Assembly: GCA_043825735.1 (NCBI GenBank)
Contig: JBDRRP010000050.1
Span: 1 to 64,000 of the forward strand
DNA length: 64,000 nt
Source of the DNA: Pseudomonadota bacterium
GTDB taxonomy: Bacteria > Desulfobacterota > Desulfobacteria > Desulfobacterales > JBDRRP01
Direction: 5' to 3'
Shown here: one piece after another, positions 8,201-18,570 of the stretch
Numbering within the stretch: position 1 is the stretch's first letter
How the letters are laid out: each line of letters opens with the position of its first letter
Notes under the pieces: model-generated
Seen by the model: only the letters and a program-made list of their open reading frames with translations
Told to the model about the DNA's origin: nothing
Database searches by the model: none
Program-made: the position numbers and the translations under genes

Positions 8201-9307
8201 ATGGCCAGCACGGTTTATTTCTGTGATCTGAAAGCCACTATTAAAGAAAACCTCGTTGCCAAGCTCGGCCGGCTGGTAAAAGACGCCGGACTGGCCGAGG
8301 TGGTGGGCAAGCGGGATCTAACGGCCATCAAGCTACACTTCGGGGAAAAGGGCAACACGGCCTATATCCGGCCGGTATTTATACGGAAAATCGTCGAAGA
8401 AGTTGTCGGTGCCGGTGGCAGGCCGTTTCTCACCGATGCCAACACGCTGTATGCCGGCACCCGCAGTGATGCGGCCAGCCATCTTACCACGGCCACTGAA
8501 AACGGCTTTGCCTATTCCGTTGTCGGGGCGCCCCTTGTTATCGCGGACGGCCTCAGGGGCAAGACGGAGACCGCCGTGGAAGTGAACTTGAAGCAGTTCG
8601 ACGAAGTCTACATCGGCACCGAAGTGGTGGAGGCCGACGCCTTCGTTTCGGTCGCCCATTTCAAGGGGCACGAGCTGTCCGGGTTCGGCGGGGCCATAAA
8701 AAATGTCGGCATGGGCTGCGCCTCGCGCCGGGGCAAGATGGCCCAGCACTCCACCCTGAGCCCCGCGGTAAAAAAGAAAAAGTGCATCGGCTGCGGAGAG
8801 TGCGTGCCCCACTGCGCCCAGGAGGCGCTTTCGCTGGTGGAGAAAAAGGCCGTTTTGGACAGCGACAAGTGCATTGGCTGCGGCGAGTGCATCCTGGCCT
8901 GCCCCAACGGCGCCATCCAGATCCGGTGGAATCAGGACATACCCACGTTTCTAGAGAACATGGTGGAGTACACTGCCGGGGTTTTGAAAAACAAAAAGGG
9001 TAAAACCCTGTTTATAAATTTCATCACCGACGTGTCGCCGGCCTGCGACTGCTATCCCTACAACGACACCCCCATCGTACGCGATATCGGCATCCTCGCC
9101 TCCACCGATCCGGTGGCCATCGACCAGGCATCGGTGGATCTGGTCAACCTGGAACCGGCGCTGCCCGATGCAGACATGAAAACCAACCGGGGCGCCGGCG
9201 AGGACAAGTTCCGGGGCATCTATCCCGATATCGACTGGGCCCATCAGCTAGCCTATGCCGAGTCCATCGGCCTGGGCAAGCGCAAGTACGAGCTGGTGAA
9301 AATTTGA
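8201..9307 (+). CDS. DUF362 domain protein with 2x[4Fe-4S] ferredoxin
   Basis: KLHFGE, AHFKGHELSGFGGAIKN, two CxxCxxCxxxC motifs. Confidence 0.9.
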   Translation: MASTVYFCDLKATIKENLVAKLGRLVKDAGLAEVVGKRDLTAIKLHFGEKGNTAYIRPVFIRKIVEEVVGAGGRPFLTDANTLYAGTRSDAASHLTTATENGFAYSVVGAPLVIADGLRGKTETAVEVNLKQFDEVYIGTEVVEADAFVSVAHFKGHELSGFGGAIKNVGMGCASRRGKMAQHSTLSPAVKKKKCIGCGECVPHCAQEALSLVEKKAVLDSDKCIGCGECILACPNGAIQIRWNQDIPTFLENMVEYTAGVLKNKKGKTLFINFITDVSPACDCYPYNDTPIVRDIGILASTDPVAIDQASVDLVNLEPALPDADMKTNRGAGEDKFRGIYPDIDWAHQLAYAESIGLGKRKYELVKI

Positions 9308-9319
9308 ATTCGAAAAGAG

Positions 9320-9625
9320 ATGAACGGCGAATGGGACGCTGATAACCGCAGATATAAATTGGCGGCCTTTGGCCGAAAGGCAAAAGCAACCACAACTGCT
9401 TATTAACCACAGATGACGCAGATAACGCAGATGGGCGGCCTGCGGCCGGAAACCAACTGCAAAGGCGATTTTGGCACGGATTACACGGATGACGCTGATA
9501 GACGGCCTTCGGCCGAAAAGCAACAACTGCAAGGTTGGTACGGGTTGACCGGCAAATAGTTATAACGGCGCCTTGGCGCTTTTAACAGTGTAATCCGCGC
9601 AATCCGTGCCAAAAAGGGTTTTCCC
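9320..9625. repeat. repeat cluster (GGCC-N3-GGCC hairpins, CAGAT/CGGAT periodic units)
   Basis: acagatgacgcagataacgcagat, gcggcctgcggccg, cacggattacacggatgacgctgat, cggccttcggccg between convergent genes. Confidence 0.75.
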
Positions 9626-9695
9626 GCCACCGGCGGGCAGATAACGCCGTGCCAATCCGGTAGTTCGTGATTTGCTTTTGCTGCCCTTCCTAACC

Positions 9696-10397
9696 TTAAT
9701 GCTTTCTCCTGAACCGCTCGATGGCTTCAATGGCGTAAGGAAGCACCACATCCACCACTTTCTCATAGCCTTTCGCGGTGGGGTGGATGCCGTCGGACTG
9801 GTTGAGGGTCTGGTCGCCGGCCACGCCTTCGAGAAAAAACGGCACCAGGATGACGTTCCTTGTGCGGGCCACGGCAGGATAGATTTCCTCGAAGGCCACG
9901 GTAAATGCCGGGCCCATGTTTTTGACCATCTTCATACCGGCCAGCACCACGACGACCCCCCGGCGGTTCAATTCGGCCACAATGGCATCGACGTTTTCGC
10001 GGGTGAGTGCCGGGTCGATGCCGCGCAGCCCGTCGTTGGCGCCGGTTTCCAGGATAACGATGTCCGGAGTCAGGGTCATGATCCAGTCGATTCTGGAGCG
10101 CGTTCCGCTGGACGTTTCCCCACTGATGCCAGCGTTGATTACCTTAAACGGGTAGCCCGCGTCGCGAAGGCGGCGTTCCAGCAGCGCCGGGTATGCCGCT
10201 TCTTCGGAAAGTCCGTAGCCGGCGGTAAGACTGTCGCCCACGGCCACGATGACGCCTTCCACCGCGGCGGCCGCTGGCGCCGACGGGGCCTGCCCGCTGC
10301 CGGCGGGTTCCTTATCGCCGCCGCAGCCGGAAAGCAGAAACAACATCACCGTGATCATCACAACCGCTGCCGATGTCGATATTCTATGAATCAGCAT
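9696..10397 (-). CDS. arylesterase/TesA-like SGNH hydrolase lipoprotein
   Basis: GDSLTAG, GANDGLRG, DGIHP; lipobox LSGC. Confidence 0.9.
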   Translation of the reverse strand: MLIHRISTSAAVVMITVMLFLLSGCGGDKEPAGSGQAPSAPAAAAVEGVIVAVGDSLTAGYGLSEEAAYPALLERRLRDAGYPFKVINAGISGETSSGTRSRIDWIMTLTPDIVILETGANDGLRGIDPALTRENVDAIVAELNRRGVVVVLAGMKMVKNMGPAFTVAFEEIYPAVARTRNVILVPFFLEGVAGDQTLNQSDGIHPTAKGYEKVVDVVLPYAIEAIERFRRKH

Positions 10398-10449
10398 TGT
10401 CTTTTCCTGCCTTGAATCTCAATGAATTTATCTATCTCTTGGCGCATAT

Positions 10450-10479
10450 AAAAACCGTGCGGCCGTTTGCACGGTTTTT
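10450..10479 (-). terminator. probable intrinsic terminator
   Basis: aaaaaccgtgc-N8-gcacggttttt right after the permease stop. Confidence 0.55.
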
Positions 10480-12976
10480 ATTCGTGATCCCTTAAGTAGG
10501 CGACTGGTTTTTTCCGCATGATGGACAGTGAGGCCCAGTGCCCCACGCCGGCCACCAGCAGCATGGGCAGCGTCAGCATGAGAAGGCTCTCGGCCGGAAA
10601 TGGCCGGTAGGCGATGTCCAGGATCCGGCGGCAGATGATGAATCCGGCCGTCTGAGCCAGCGCCAGGGCGGTGGTGGCGCTGATGAGGCCCATCAGGGCG
10701 TGTTCCCAGAAAAACACCCGCGCCACGAAGGCGCGCCGGGCGCCGAGGATTTTGAAATAGACGGCTTCGCGGATGCGGGCCGCGCGGGTGGCGAATATGG
10801 CGCTCACCAGGATGAGAAGCCCCGCTGCGATGCTAAAGGCAGTAAAAAATCTAATGATACCGGATAGTTTTTGCATGACTCGCGAAAAAGTTTGCACCGT
10901 TTCCGTAATATCGATGACGCTGATATTGGGAAACCGGGCCACGACCTGGTTTTGCAGTGCGGCGATGGCTGCTTTGTCCGCCCGGACGGCGGCAAAGAGG
11001 GTCTGGGGCGCTTTTTCGAGAAATTTTTCGGGAAAGACGAAGTAAAAAAACGGTGAGATGGATTCCTGCTCCCGGGTCCGGATGCTTGAGATGCGCGCCT
11101 CCAGGGGCACTCCCTGAATGTTAAAGGAGATGGTGTCTCCCACGGCCATGGGGCGCATGGCCACCACGGTGTCCAGCACCGAGACCTGGGGTCCGTCCCA
11201 GTCCTCCTGAAAGAGGGTGTCGCCATGGGTGATCCGCTCGTCGGGCAGCAGGTGGTGGCGATAGGTGAGGTTGAACTCCCGGGCCATGTTGTCGCCCTTT
11301 CGGAGCTGTTCGGCCTGTCGGTCCACCGGGACGCCGTTGATGGCGCGAACACGTGCCCGGATGATGGGATAAATGTCCGGCGTGTTCACCATTTCTTTGA
11401 AGGCGGCCACCTGGTCGGGCTGGATGTCGATGAAAAACATGTTGGGCGCCTCGGCGGGAAATGATTTTACGTAGGCCGCATCCAGGTTGGCTTCCACCAG
11501 GTATACCACGAAGAGCACGGTGAGCGAGGCCGTCAGCGTGATGAGTATGGACCGGGTGGCATTGCCGGGTCTGAAAAGCCCCCGAACGGCCTGCCGGGCC
11601 GTGAGTCGCCGGGGCTGCCATTTGCCAAGGGCCCAGAGCACGCCCAGCATCACCAGGGCCGTGACGAGAATGAAGCCCACAATGCCGGCGATGAAATAGA
11701 TACCCAGGCGGGTGTCTTTGAGCTGCATCAGCAGCAGGGCGACGAATACCCCGGATATTCCCGCAAGGCTTGCGTAATAGGGCCACCCTTTTCCCGGCGG
11801 CGACGGCTCTTTTCTGAAAATGGCTGTCGGCCGCACCGCTTTCAGGCGGTGGACGGGCAGGTAGGCAAACAGCGCGACCACCACCAGCCCCAGGGCAATG
11901 CTTTGCGCCACCGCAGGCCATGAGATGGCCACATGCATCCCTTCCGGCAGAAACCCGGCAAACAGTGCGGGCAAAAGCCGCTGCACGAGGCTCCCCACCG
12001 TCACCCCCAGCACCGTGCCCGCGATGCCCAGCACCATGACCATGGCCACGTAGTGGCGGGTCACGAACCCGCTGGTGGCGCCCAAGGTCTTGACGATGGC
12101 CATGGTGTAGGTTTTGGATTTGAGCAGGGCTGTGAGGGAGCTCTGGATACCGATGCCGGCCAGAAGCAGGGTAAAAACGCCCACCAGGTTGAGAAAGAAG
12201 AGAAAATTGTCGAAAAACCGCTTCATCCTTGAATTGGCCGTGCGATACGTCTCCACCCGCTCCATGTCCGGGGCGGCCACGCGGCGAAGATCTTCGGCAA
12301 TGCGTTCAACGGCGCTGTCGCCGGTGGCCTTGAGCAGCAGGATGTGGTGGATCCGGCTGCCCTTGGTGACCAGGTCCAGGGACGGCAGATCGTCCGGGTG
12401 AACGAACACCCGGGGGCCAAAGGAGAAAAAACTCACCGGTCGGTCGGGTTCGGCGGTGACCACGTCGGCGATGGTGAGCCGGGCGCTGCCGATGTTGAGG
12501 CCGCTTCCGGGAGACAGGCCCAGCCGGTCTAAAAGGACCTTTTCCACCAGGACCTGCCCGGGGCGGTAGACGTCTGAAAACGCTCGTCCCGAGGCCAGGA
12601 CCATTTTTCCGTAAAAGGGATATCCGGCGCCGGCCACCTTGATCTGGGAGAGTACCGAGCGGTCTTCGGCGGGGCTGCGGGTGAGGGCGTAAAATTCATA
12701 TAGCCTTGCCGCGGCAGCGGTGCCGGATTTTTGGAGGCGATCCACAGCACCGGTGAGATCCGGTGAAAATGGGTAGTGGCTCCGGATGATGATGTCTGCG
12801 GCATTGAGCTGTCGTGCGTCTCGCATGAGGGAGTCGTGCACGCTGGCAGAAAATCCGTTCAAGGCGATGAGCGAGACCATGGAGAGCATCACGCACAGGA
12901 CAAACACCCCGGCCTGCTTGCCGGAGCGGCGGATCTGTCGAAATAAAAACGCATGATGGAACATGGGGTCACTCAT
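10478..12976 (-). CDS. ABC transporter permease, YbbP-like (two FtsX domains)
   Basis: Duplicated FtsX architecture, APNMFFIDIQ motif; operon with ATPase and TesA. Confidence 0.9.
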   Translation of the reverse strand: MSDPMFHHAFLFRQIRRSGKQAGVFVLCVMLSMVSLIALNGFSASVHDSLMRDARQLNAADIIIRSHYPFSPDLTGAVDRLQKSGTAAAARLYEFYALTRSPAEDRSVLSQIKVAGAGYPFYGKMVLASGRAFSDVYRPGQVLVEKVLLDRLGLSPGSGLNIGSARLTIADVVTAEPDRPVSFFSFGPRVFVHPDDLPSLDLVTKGSRIHHILLLKATGDSAVERIAEDLRRVAAPDMERVETYRTANSRMKRFFDNFLFFLNLVGVFTLLLAGIGIQSSLTALLKSKTYTMAIVKTLGATSGFVTRHYVAMVMVLGIAGTVLGVTVGSLVQRLLPALFAGFLPEGMHVAISWPAVAQSIALGLVVVALFAYLPVHRLKAVRPTAIFRKEPSPPGKGWPYYASLAGISGVFVALLLMQLKDTRLGIYFIAGIVGFILVTALVMLGVLWALGKWQPRRLTARQAVRGLFRPGNATRSILITLTASLTVLFVVYLVEANLDAAYVKSFPAEAPNMFFIDIQPDQVAAFKEMVNTPDIYPIIRARVRAINGVPVDRQAEQLRKGDNMAREFNLTYRHHLLPDERITHGDTLFQEDWDGPQVSVLDTVVAMRPMAVGDTISFNIQGVPLEARISSIRTREQESISPFFYFVFPEKFLEKAPQTLFAAVRADKAAIAALQNQVVARFPNISVIDITETVQTFSRVMQKLSGIIRFFTAFSIAAGLLILVSAIFATRAARIREAVYFKILGARRAFVARVFFWEHALMGLISATTALALAQTAGFIICRRILDIAYRPFPAESLLMLTLPMLLVAGVGHWASLSIMRKKPVAYLRDHE

Positions 12977-13631
12977 CGGACATGCGCCCGTCACGCAGGG
13001 TCACCACCCGGTCGGCCCGCTCAGCGATGCTGAGGCTGTGGGTCACCAGCACCAGGGTAAGCCCCGAGTCTGCGCGGGCGTCCAGCAGCAGATCCAGGAT
13101 GGCCTGGCCGTTTTCCGAATCGAGATTCCCGGTGGGCTCGTCGGCGAAAAGGATTCGGGGGCGATTCACCAGGGCCCGGCAGATGGCCACCCGCTGCTTT
13201 TCACCACCGGAGAGCTGGTGGGGGAAATTGCTGCGCCGGTGGTCGATTCCCACGCGCTCCATGAGGGCGGTGGTGCGTCCGGCGGCGTCCGTGTGCCCGG
13301 CCAGTTCTGCCGGGAACATGATGTTTTCCGCTGCGGTGAGGGACGGGATGAGGTGGAAACTCTGGAACACGTAGCCGATATCGCGGTTGCGGAGCGTTGC
13401 CAGACCGTCTTCACTGAGATCCGTGATGTCCGTGTCGCCGATCCAGACCCTGCCGTCGGTGGGCCGATCCAGCCCGGAGAGCAAGGTCAGCAGCGTGGTT
13501 TTACCGCTGCCACTGCTGCCGGCGATGACCACGAATTCTCCGGAAGGCACGGCCAGATTGATTCCCTCGAGCACCGGAACGGTAAGGCCGTTAAGGGAAA
13601 ACGTTTTGGTCAGGTTGTCGGCTTTAAGCAT
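12969..13631 (-). CDS. ABC transporter ATP-binding protein, YbbA-like
   Basis: GSSGSGKT, LSGGEKQR, ADEPTGNLD. Confidence 0.92.
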   Translation of the reverse strand: MLKADNLTKTFSLNGLTVPVLEGINLAVPSGEFVVIAGSSGSGKTTLLTLLSGLDRPTDGRVWIGDTDITDLSEDGLATLRNRDIGYVFQSFHLIPSLTAAENIMFPAELAGHTDAAGRTTALMERVGIDHRRSNFPHQLSGGEKQRVAICRALVNRPRILFADEPTGNLDSENGQAILDLLLDARADSGLTLVLVTHSLSIAERADRVVTLRDGRMSDE

Positions 13632-13719
13632 GGTGGCAGTCTCTTTCCGGTGGCGGTGATGTGACAATGGCTCCAACATAAGTCACCGGCTTGAGCGGGT
13701 CAATGACGGCAAAAACATT

Positions 13720-14000
13720 GAACCGCGAAGGACACGAAGGACGCGAAGATTTGTTCGAATCGGGTCACCGGGGAAAAAGCCTCCCGGCTCACGATTCGAA
13801 CAAAGAGCGCCGTGCCCTGCGGGCAGCTCATGGCTGTTGGCCTTAAGTCTTGTCAGCAGTTTGTCCGGCCGCAGGCCGCCTTCATCCGCGTCATCTGCGG
13901 TTCATTCGCAGTTGCCCTTGGTCTTCGGCCGCAGGCCGCTTGCGCTGTTGCGTTTAATCTGTGGGAATCTGTGTAATCTGTGGATAACCTGCGGTTGTCT
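13720..14000. repeat. repeat cluster
   Basis: accgcgaaggacacgaaggacgcgaag, tttgttcgaatcg...cgattcgaacaaa, two cggccgcaggccg, aatctgtgggaatctgtgtaatctgtgg. Confidence 0.7.
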
Positions 14001-14105
14001 GCGTTCGTCTGTGCTGGAACGGACCGCAATGACATGCTAAGGAATACCGTTTGATGACGCCGCAGGGTGAAAATGCGGAAACTACCGAAACGAAAGGGTT
14101 TGGAT

Positions 14106-14471
14106 ATGGAAGGAATGTCTCAGGCGTTGATGCTGTCGGGGCTGGGAATTGGCGTGGGTATCGGCGCCTCTTTCACCGGGTTGGGGGGGGGATTTCTCAT
14201 GATCCCGCTGCTGCTGTTCATGGGTTTCACGGCACAAAAGGCCGTCGGTACGTCATTTCTGGGGATCCTGATCATATCCATATCGGCGCTGTTCGCACAC
14301 GGTAAACTCGCCAATGTGGACTACCGGGCCGGCCTTATGTTGGGCGTCGGCGGCATCATCGGTGCCCAGATCGGCGCCCGGCTGGTGGAGCATGTGTCCA
14401 CGGCCAATTTCAAGAAGATTTTTGCCGGAATTCTGGTGGCGCTGGCCATCTATCTGTTCATGAAGAAATGA
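14106..14471 (+). CDS. TauE/SafE (TSUP) family exporter, half-size
   Basis: GLGGGFLMIP, AVGTS, GAQIGA motifs. Confidence 0.85.
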   Translation: MEGMSQALMLSGLGIGVGIGASFTGLGGGFLMIPLLLFMGFTAQKAVGTSFLGILIISISALFAHGKLANVDYRAGLMLGVGGIIGAQIGARLVEHVSTANFKKIFAGILVALAIYLFMKK

Positions 14472-14551
14472 GCGCGCCAAAAGCGTGCACGCTCATTGAT
14501 ATTAAATATGTTTTACTTGGCGTTCTTGGCGTCTTCGCGAGAAAACTGCTT

Positions 14552-15520
14552 TTAAAAGTTCGCCGGCAGTTCGCAGACCTCTGACGAGGCTTTTTTGGTT
14601 TCGACAAAATGGGCGGCCGCCAGGGCGGCTGTGCAGCCGTCAGCTGCCGCCGTAACGATCTGCCGGGCATATTTCTCTCTGAGGTCGCCGATGGCGTAGA
14701 TGCCCGGGATGGCGGTTTCGCATTTGGCATCGGTCAGGACGTAGCCTTCGCTGTTTTTCTTGATGCCGGCCGGGACAATGGCGTTGTTGGGCAAAAACCC
14801 GATGAAGACGAACACCCCGTCGGTGGCCAGCTGACGGGCCTCGCCGGTCTGGGTGTCTTTCAGATCCACCGCGGTCACGCCGTCGTCGCCGGCAAGGATG
14901 CGTGTGGGGACCGTGTTCCAGAGCACCTCGATGTTGCAGTCGGCCGCCACCCGCTGCTGGAGCAGCATGCTGGCCCGGAAGGCGTCGCGCCGGTGGGCGA
15001 TGTACACCTTGCAGGCCAGCTTGGCCAGGTAAAGGCCTTCCTCGCAGGCGCTGTCGCCGCCGCCGATCACCACCACTGTCTTGCCGCGAAAAAAGAACCC
15101 GTCGCAGACCGCACAGTACGATACCCCCCGGCCGTAGAATTCTTCTTCGCCGGGGATTTCAAGCTTTCTGGGCGATCCGCCCATGCCCATGATGACGGCA
15201 TAGGCCTTGAGCTCTTCTCCGGTGTCGAGCCGAACGGTGTGGTGGGCGAGGCCGGGGATGATGGCCGCCACTTCGTGGGACCGTATCTCCAGGTCCAGGG
15301 ACTGGGCATGCTCGGCAAACTGCATGCTCAGCTCCGCGCCATTCGCGTGGATCGTGCCGGGCCAGTTTTCCACTTCATCGGACTTCATGACCTGTCCACC
15401 CAAGGCGGCCCCTTCAATGAGGACGGTGTTGAGTGCGGCGCGCTTGGCGTAAATTCCAGCGGTGAGACCGCCCGGCCCGCCGCCGATGATAATCAGGTCG
15501 AGTATTTCCTCCGAAGCCAT
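14552..15520 (-). CDS. trxB: thioredoxin-disulfide reductase
   Basis: GGGPGG, GVSYCAVCDG, GGGDSA, HRRDAFRA; GGAGG before ATG 15520. Confidence 0.93.
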   Translation of the reverse strand: MASEEILDLIIIGGGPGGLTAGIYAKRAALNTVLIEGAALGGQVMKSDEVENWPGTIHANGAELSMQFAEHAQSLDLEIRSHEVAAIIPGLAHHTVRLDTGEELKAYAVIMGMGGSPRKLEIPGEEEFYGRGVSYCAVCDGFFFRGKTVVVIGGGDSACEEGLYLAKLACKVYIAHRRDAFRASMLLQQRVAADCNIEVLWNTVPTRILAGDDGVTAVDLKDTQTGEARQLATDGVFVFIGFLPNNAIVPAGIKKNSEGYVLTDAKCETAIPGIYAIGDLREKYARQIVTAAADGCTAALAAAHFVETKKASSEVCELPANF

Positions 15521-15640
15521 ATGGCTTGCCTCCATTGTCACGGTTTAAAAGATTTGAATAATATTCCGCAGCAAGTCGTTGAATATGCGATCACTGGTAT
15601 TCCCGATAGCACGGAAACCCGGTGTCACCTTGTGGCTATG

Positions 15641-15671
15641 GATGCCCGCGCCTCGATCGGGGCGCGGGCAT
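15641..15671 (-). terminator. GC-rich hairpin downstream of rpsA
   Basis: tgcccgcgcctcgatcggggcgcgggca inverted repeat. Confidence 0.5.
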
Positions 15672-15692
15672 GACTTTATTTCAGACGCGCTT

Positions 15693-17150
15693 CTATTTGC
15701 TTTTGTTCAAAGCGTCCTGAAGTTTTTGAGCCAGCTCATTGAGCGGCGCCTTTTCGGCTTCCGTGGGTGCGAAGGCCTGCCATCCGCCAGCGACTTCCGC
15801 ATCCGCCGGTGTCAGGGAGATGCGCCGGGCGGCGGCGTCGACGCGGTCGATCCGTACGGCCACACTCTGGCCGGGCTTGGCGCGTTCATAGGCGCCGGGA
15901 TCGGCAGACTGGGCCATGCTTGACTTGGGAAGCAGGCCAACGATTCCCGGCTCCAGGGATATGAAGATGCCGAAACGCTCGAGTTTTTCAACCGTTCCAG
16001 TGGCCTCCGCGCCGGCGCGGTAGCGCTCAGCCACCCCCAGCCAGGGATCCCCTTCCGCATCTTTCATGCTCAGGGAAATGCGGCGCTTGCCTTCGTCGAT
16101 GGTTTTGATCATCACGGAAACTTCAGCGCCCTCAGTTGCAACATCGGCAGGGTCGACAATCCGCCGCGTGTAACTCATTTCGCTGATGTGAACCAAACCC
16201 TCAATGCCGGGGGCGATGGCGACGAAGGCACCGAACTTGGCCAATCGGGTCACCGTGCCGGTGACCTTCTGTCCTTCTGCAAATTGCTGGCTCACGGTGC
16301 TCCAGGGATCTCCCTGCGCCTGCCGTGCGGAAAGGCGGATACGCTTTCGGCCCTTGTCATCGTCCTCCACAGCGAGGATCTTGACGCTCAAACGGTCGCC
16401 CGAGGCCACGGCAGCCTCCGGCGATTCGATGCGCGACCAGCTGAGTTCACTGATGTGAACCATGCCTTCCACACCGGTGGCGAGTTCCACAAAAGCGCCG
16501 AAAGGCGCCAGGCGGGTAACCACGCCTTGAACCACGTCACCGGGACCGGACTGGGCAAAAAAGACCTCCCGGGCCGCTTTAGCCGCCTCGGCCAGCAACG
16601 CCTTGCGGGAAACGACAATATTTCGGCCGCTTTCTTCAAGGGTGATGATACGGAACTCAAAGGTTTCGCCCACGTATTTTTCCGGCGCGTCCGCATAGTT
16701 CAGGTCGATCTGGCTGATGGGGCAAAACGCCCTGCGTTTGAAGACCTCCACGCGAAAGCCCCCCTTGCAGGTTTCGGTCACCTTTCCGGTGACCGGCACC
16801 CGGCTCTCATAAGCCTCCAGTAGTTGGTCATATCCGCCGAGGCCGTCCATGGCGCGGGAAAGCTTAATATCACTTTCGGTCATGGCCACCACATAAAGAT
16901 CGATGGCGTCGCCAACGGCCACCGTCATCTCACCGGATTCATCCAGCAGCTCCACCCGATCCACCACGCCGTCGGTCTTGCTGCCGGTGTCCACGTAGAC
17001 TGCATCGGTCCCGATGGAAATGATTTTGCCCTTGATTTTGTCACCGATCTTGATGTCGTCGTTCATGCCTGCCGAGTAGGCTTCGAACAACTCCGCAAAA
17101 CTTGGCTCCGATGCGTCTTCTTCCGGTTCTTCGATGATGTCATCACTCAT
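15693..17150 (-). CDS. rpsA: 30S ribosomal protein S1 (about five S1 domains; possibly a paralog)
   Basis: Repeated FGAFV...GxEGLVHISE...ISLS S1 motifs. Confidence 0.88.
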   Translation of the reverse strand: MSDDIIEEPEEDASEPSFAELFEAYSAGMNDDIKIGDKIKGKIISIGTDAVYVDTGSKTDGVVDRVELLDESGEMTVAVGDAIDLYVVAMTESDIKLSRAMDGLGGYDQLLEAYESRVPVTGKVTETCKGGFRVEVFKRRAFCPISQIDLNYADAPEKYVGETFEFRIITLEESGRNIVVSRKALLAEAAKAAREVFFAQSGPGDVVQGVVTRLAPFGAFVELATGVEGMVHISELSWSRIESPEAAVASGDRLSVKILAVEDDDKGRKRIRLSARQAQGDPWSTVSQQFAEGQKVTGTVTRLAKFGAFVAIAPGIEGLVHISEMSYTRRIVDPADVATEGAEVSVMIKTIDEGKRRISLSMKDAEGDPWLGVAERYRAGAEATGTVEKLERFGIFISLEPGIVGLLPKSSMAQSADPGAYERAKPGQSVAVRIDRVDAAARRISLTPADAEVAGGWQAFAPTEAEKAPLNELAQKLQDALNKSK

Positions 17151-17286
17151 GCCGCCGCTCCAGTTGTCACGATGGTTAAGGGTTCTTAAAAATAGCCACT
17201 GCCGTTGTTTTAATTGACGTAATGTCCATATTTTGCTAAATTTCTTCCTTCAAAATATCCGTGCTATCATAAAGGTCGAGCATATC

Positions 17287-17658
17287 ATGAAACCCTCGGA
17301 ACGACGACGTCATCCGCGATACCGGTCCAAAATCGACGCTTATGCCGTATTGAGCGCCGATGCGCCGGTCCTTGCCCAGCTGATCGATATCAGCGAAGGG
17401 GGCCTGTCCGTCTGGTATGTTGACGGTCAGGGTGAAGCCATGGATGCCGAAAAAGTCGATCTTTTCCTCATGAACAGCCCTTATCGCATCAGCGGCCTGC
17501 CCGTGGAGACAACCTCTGATTTTGAAACCCGCCAGGATTCGGCCGCCCCTGACCGGCTCATTCGCCGGCGCTGCTTCCGGTTCGGCCGCCTTCTCACGGT
17601 TCAGAAAAATGCCGTGGCCGACTTTATCTCCTACCATACCGAAGCCGCTACCGCTTAA
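17287..17658 (+). CDS. PilZ domain protein
   Basis: ERRRHPR and DISEGG motifs. Confidence 0.85.
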   Translation: MKPSERRRHPRYRSKIDAYAVLSADAPVLAQLIDISEGGLSVWYVDGQGEAMDAEKVDLFLMNSPYRISGLPVETTSDFETRQDSAAPDRLIRRRCFRFGRLLTVQKNAVADFISYHTEAATA

Positions 17659-17715
17659 CCGGCTGTTGAAAAGCGGTTGCGTTTGGCACGGGCGTTAAAA
17701 CCCTACTCAAATTGA

Positions 17716-18570
17716 TCACTTGCCATTTTCCGCCGATGGCGCATGTCGGGCGATACGTTCTCCCAGCTTGGTCATGAGGCGCCGGGTGTTGGTGCCGGGC
17801 CTGCCGTCACCGATGCGGTGCTCGTCCACCTGGTTCACCGGCACCAGTCCTTTGTTGGTGCCTGTGATGAACACTTCGTCGGCGGTATGAAGCTCATCCA
17901 GAAGTATGTCTCTGATGTCAACCGGAAACAGCTCACGGCTCACTTCAAGCGTCACTTTCCGGGTAATGCCCGAGAGAATTTCCGCGCCCGGTGTGACCAA
18001 CCGGCCGCCGATGAAGGCGAAAATATTGCTGGTCGTGCCTTCCAGGACCCGATGGTTGCGGTCAAGATAGATGGCTTCCACCGCATTGGCCTTGCGGGCC
18101 GTTTCCATGGCGATGGTGGCCGGAATATAGTTGATGCTCTTGACGCCGGGTTTGAATCGTTCAGTGATCACGGTCACGATTTTCACCCCTTCTTTGTACC
18201 AGGCGGCCGGCAGGCTAGGAACGGCCGATACCAGTACGAGCAGGCGGGGGGCGTTTTTCGGCGTTGAAAAATCATCGCTCGGCCCGCCGGTGACGATCAT
18301 GCGAATACTGGCATCGGCGAGGTGGCGGTTTTTATCCAAGGTCTGCCGGACGATGTCTGCCACCGCCGCTGTTTTCCAGGGAAAAGACAGCCCGATTTCG
18401 GAGGCCGAATGGGCCAGCCGTTCGATGTGGTCTTCCATATACAGGGGCGCCCCGTTGTAAGTGCGCATGAGGTCAAACACACCGTACCCTCTGAGAACGG
18501 CCAGATCATTGACCGGCAGCACCGCCGCATCGGCCGGGAAAAATGCGCCGTCGATGTAATAAATATCCAC
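17716..18570 (-). CDS. class IV PLP aminotransferase (D-amino-acid/branched-chain type)
   Basis: RGYGVFD, KSINY, EGTTSN, ILSGITR, ADEVFITGT. Confidence 0.9.
   Translation of the reverse strand: MDIYYIDGAFFPADAAVLPVNDLAVLRGYGVFDLMRTYNGAPLYMEDHIERLAHSASEIGLSFPWKTAAVADIVRQTLDKNRHLADASIRMIVTGGPSDDFSTPKNAPRLLVLVSAVPSLPAAWYKEGVKIVTVITERFKPGVKSINYIPATIAMETARKANAVEAIYLDRNHRVLEGTTSNIFAFIGGRLVTPGAEILSGITRKVTLEVSRELFPVDIRDILLDELHTADEVFITGTNKGLVPVNQVDEHRIGDGRPGTNTRRLMTKLGERIARHAPSAENGK

Noticed and set aside
9320..9625. CRISPR-like array
   Set aside because: Units are short, degenerate and irregularly spaced; no cas genes in the window
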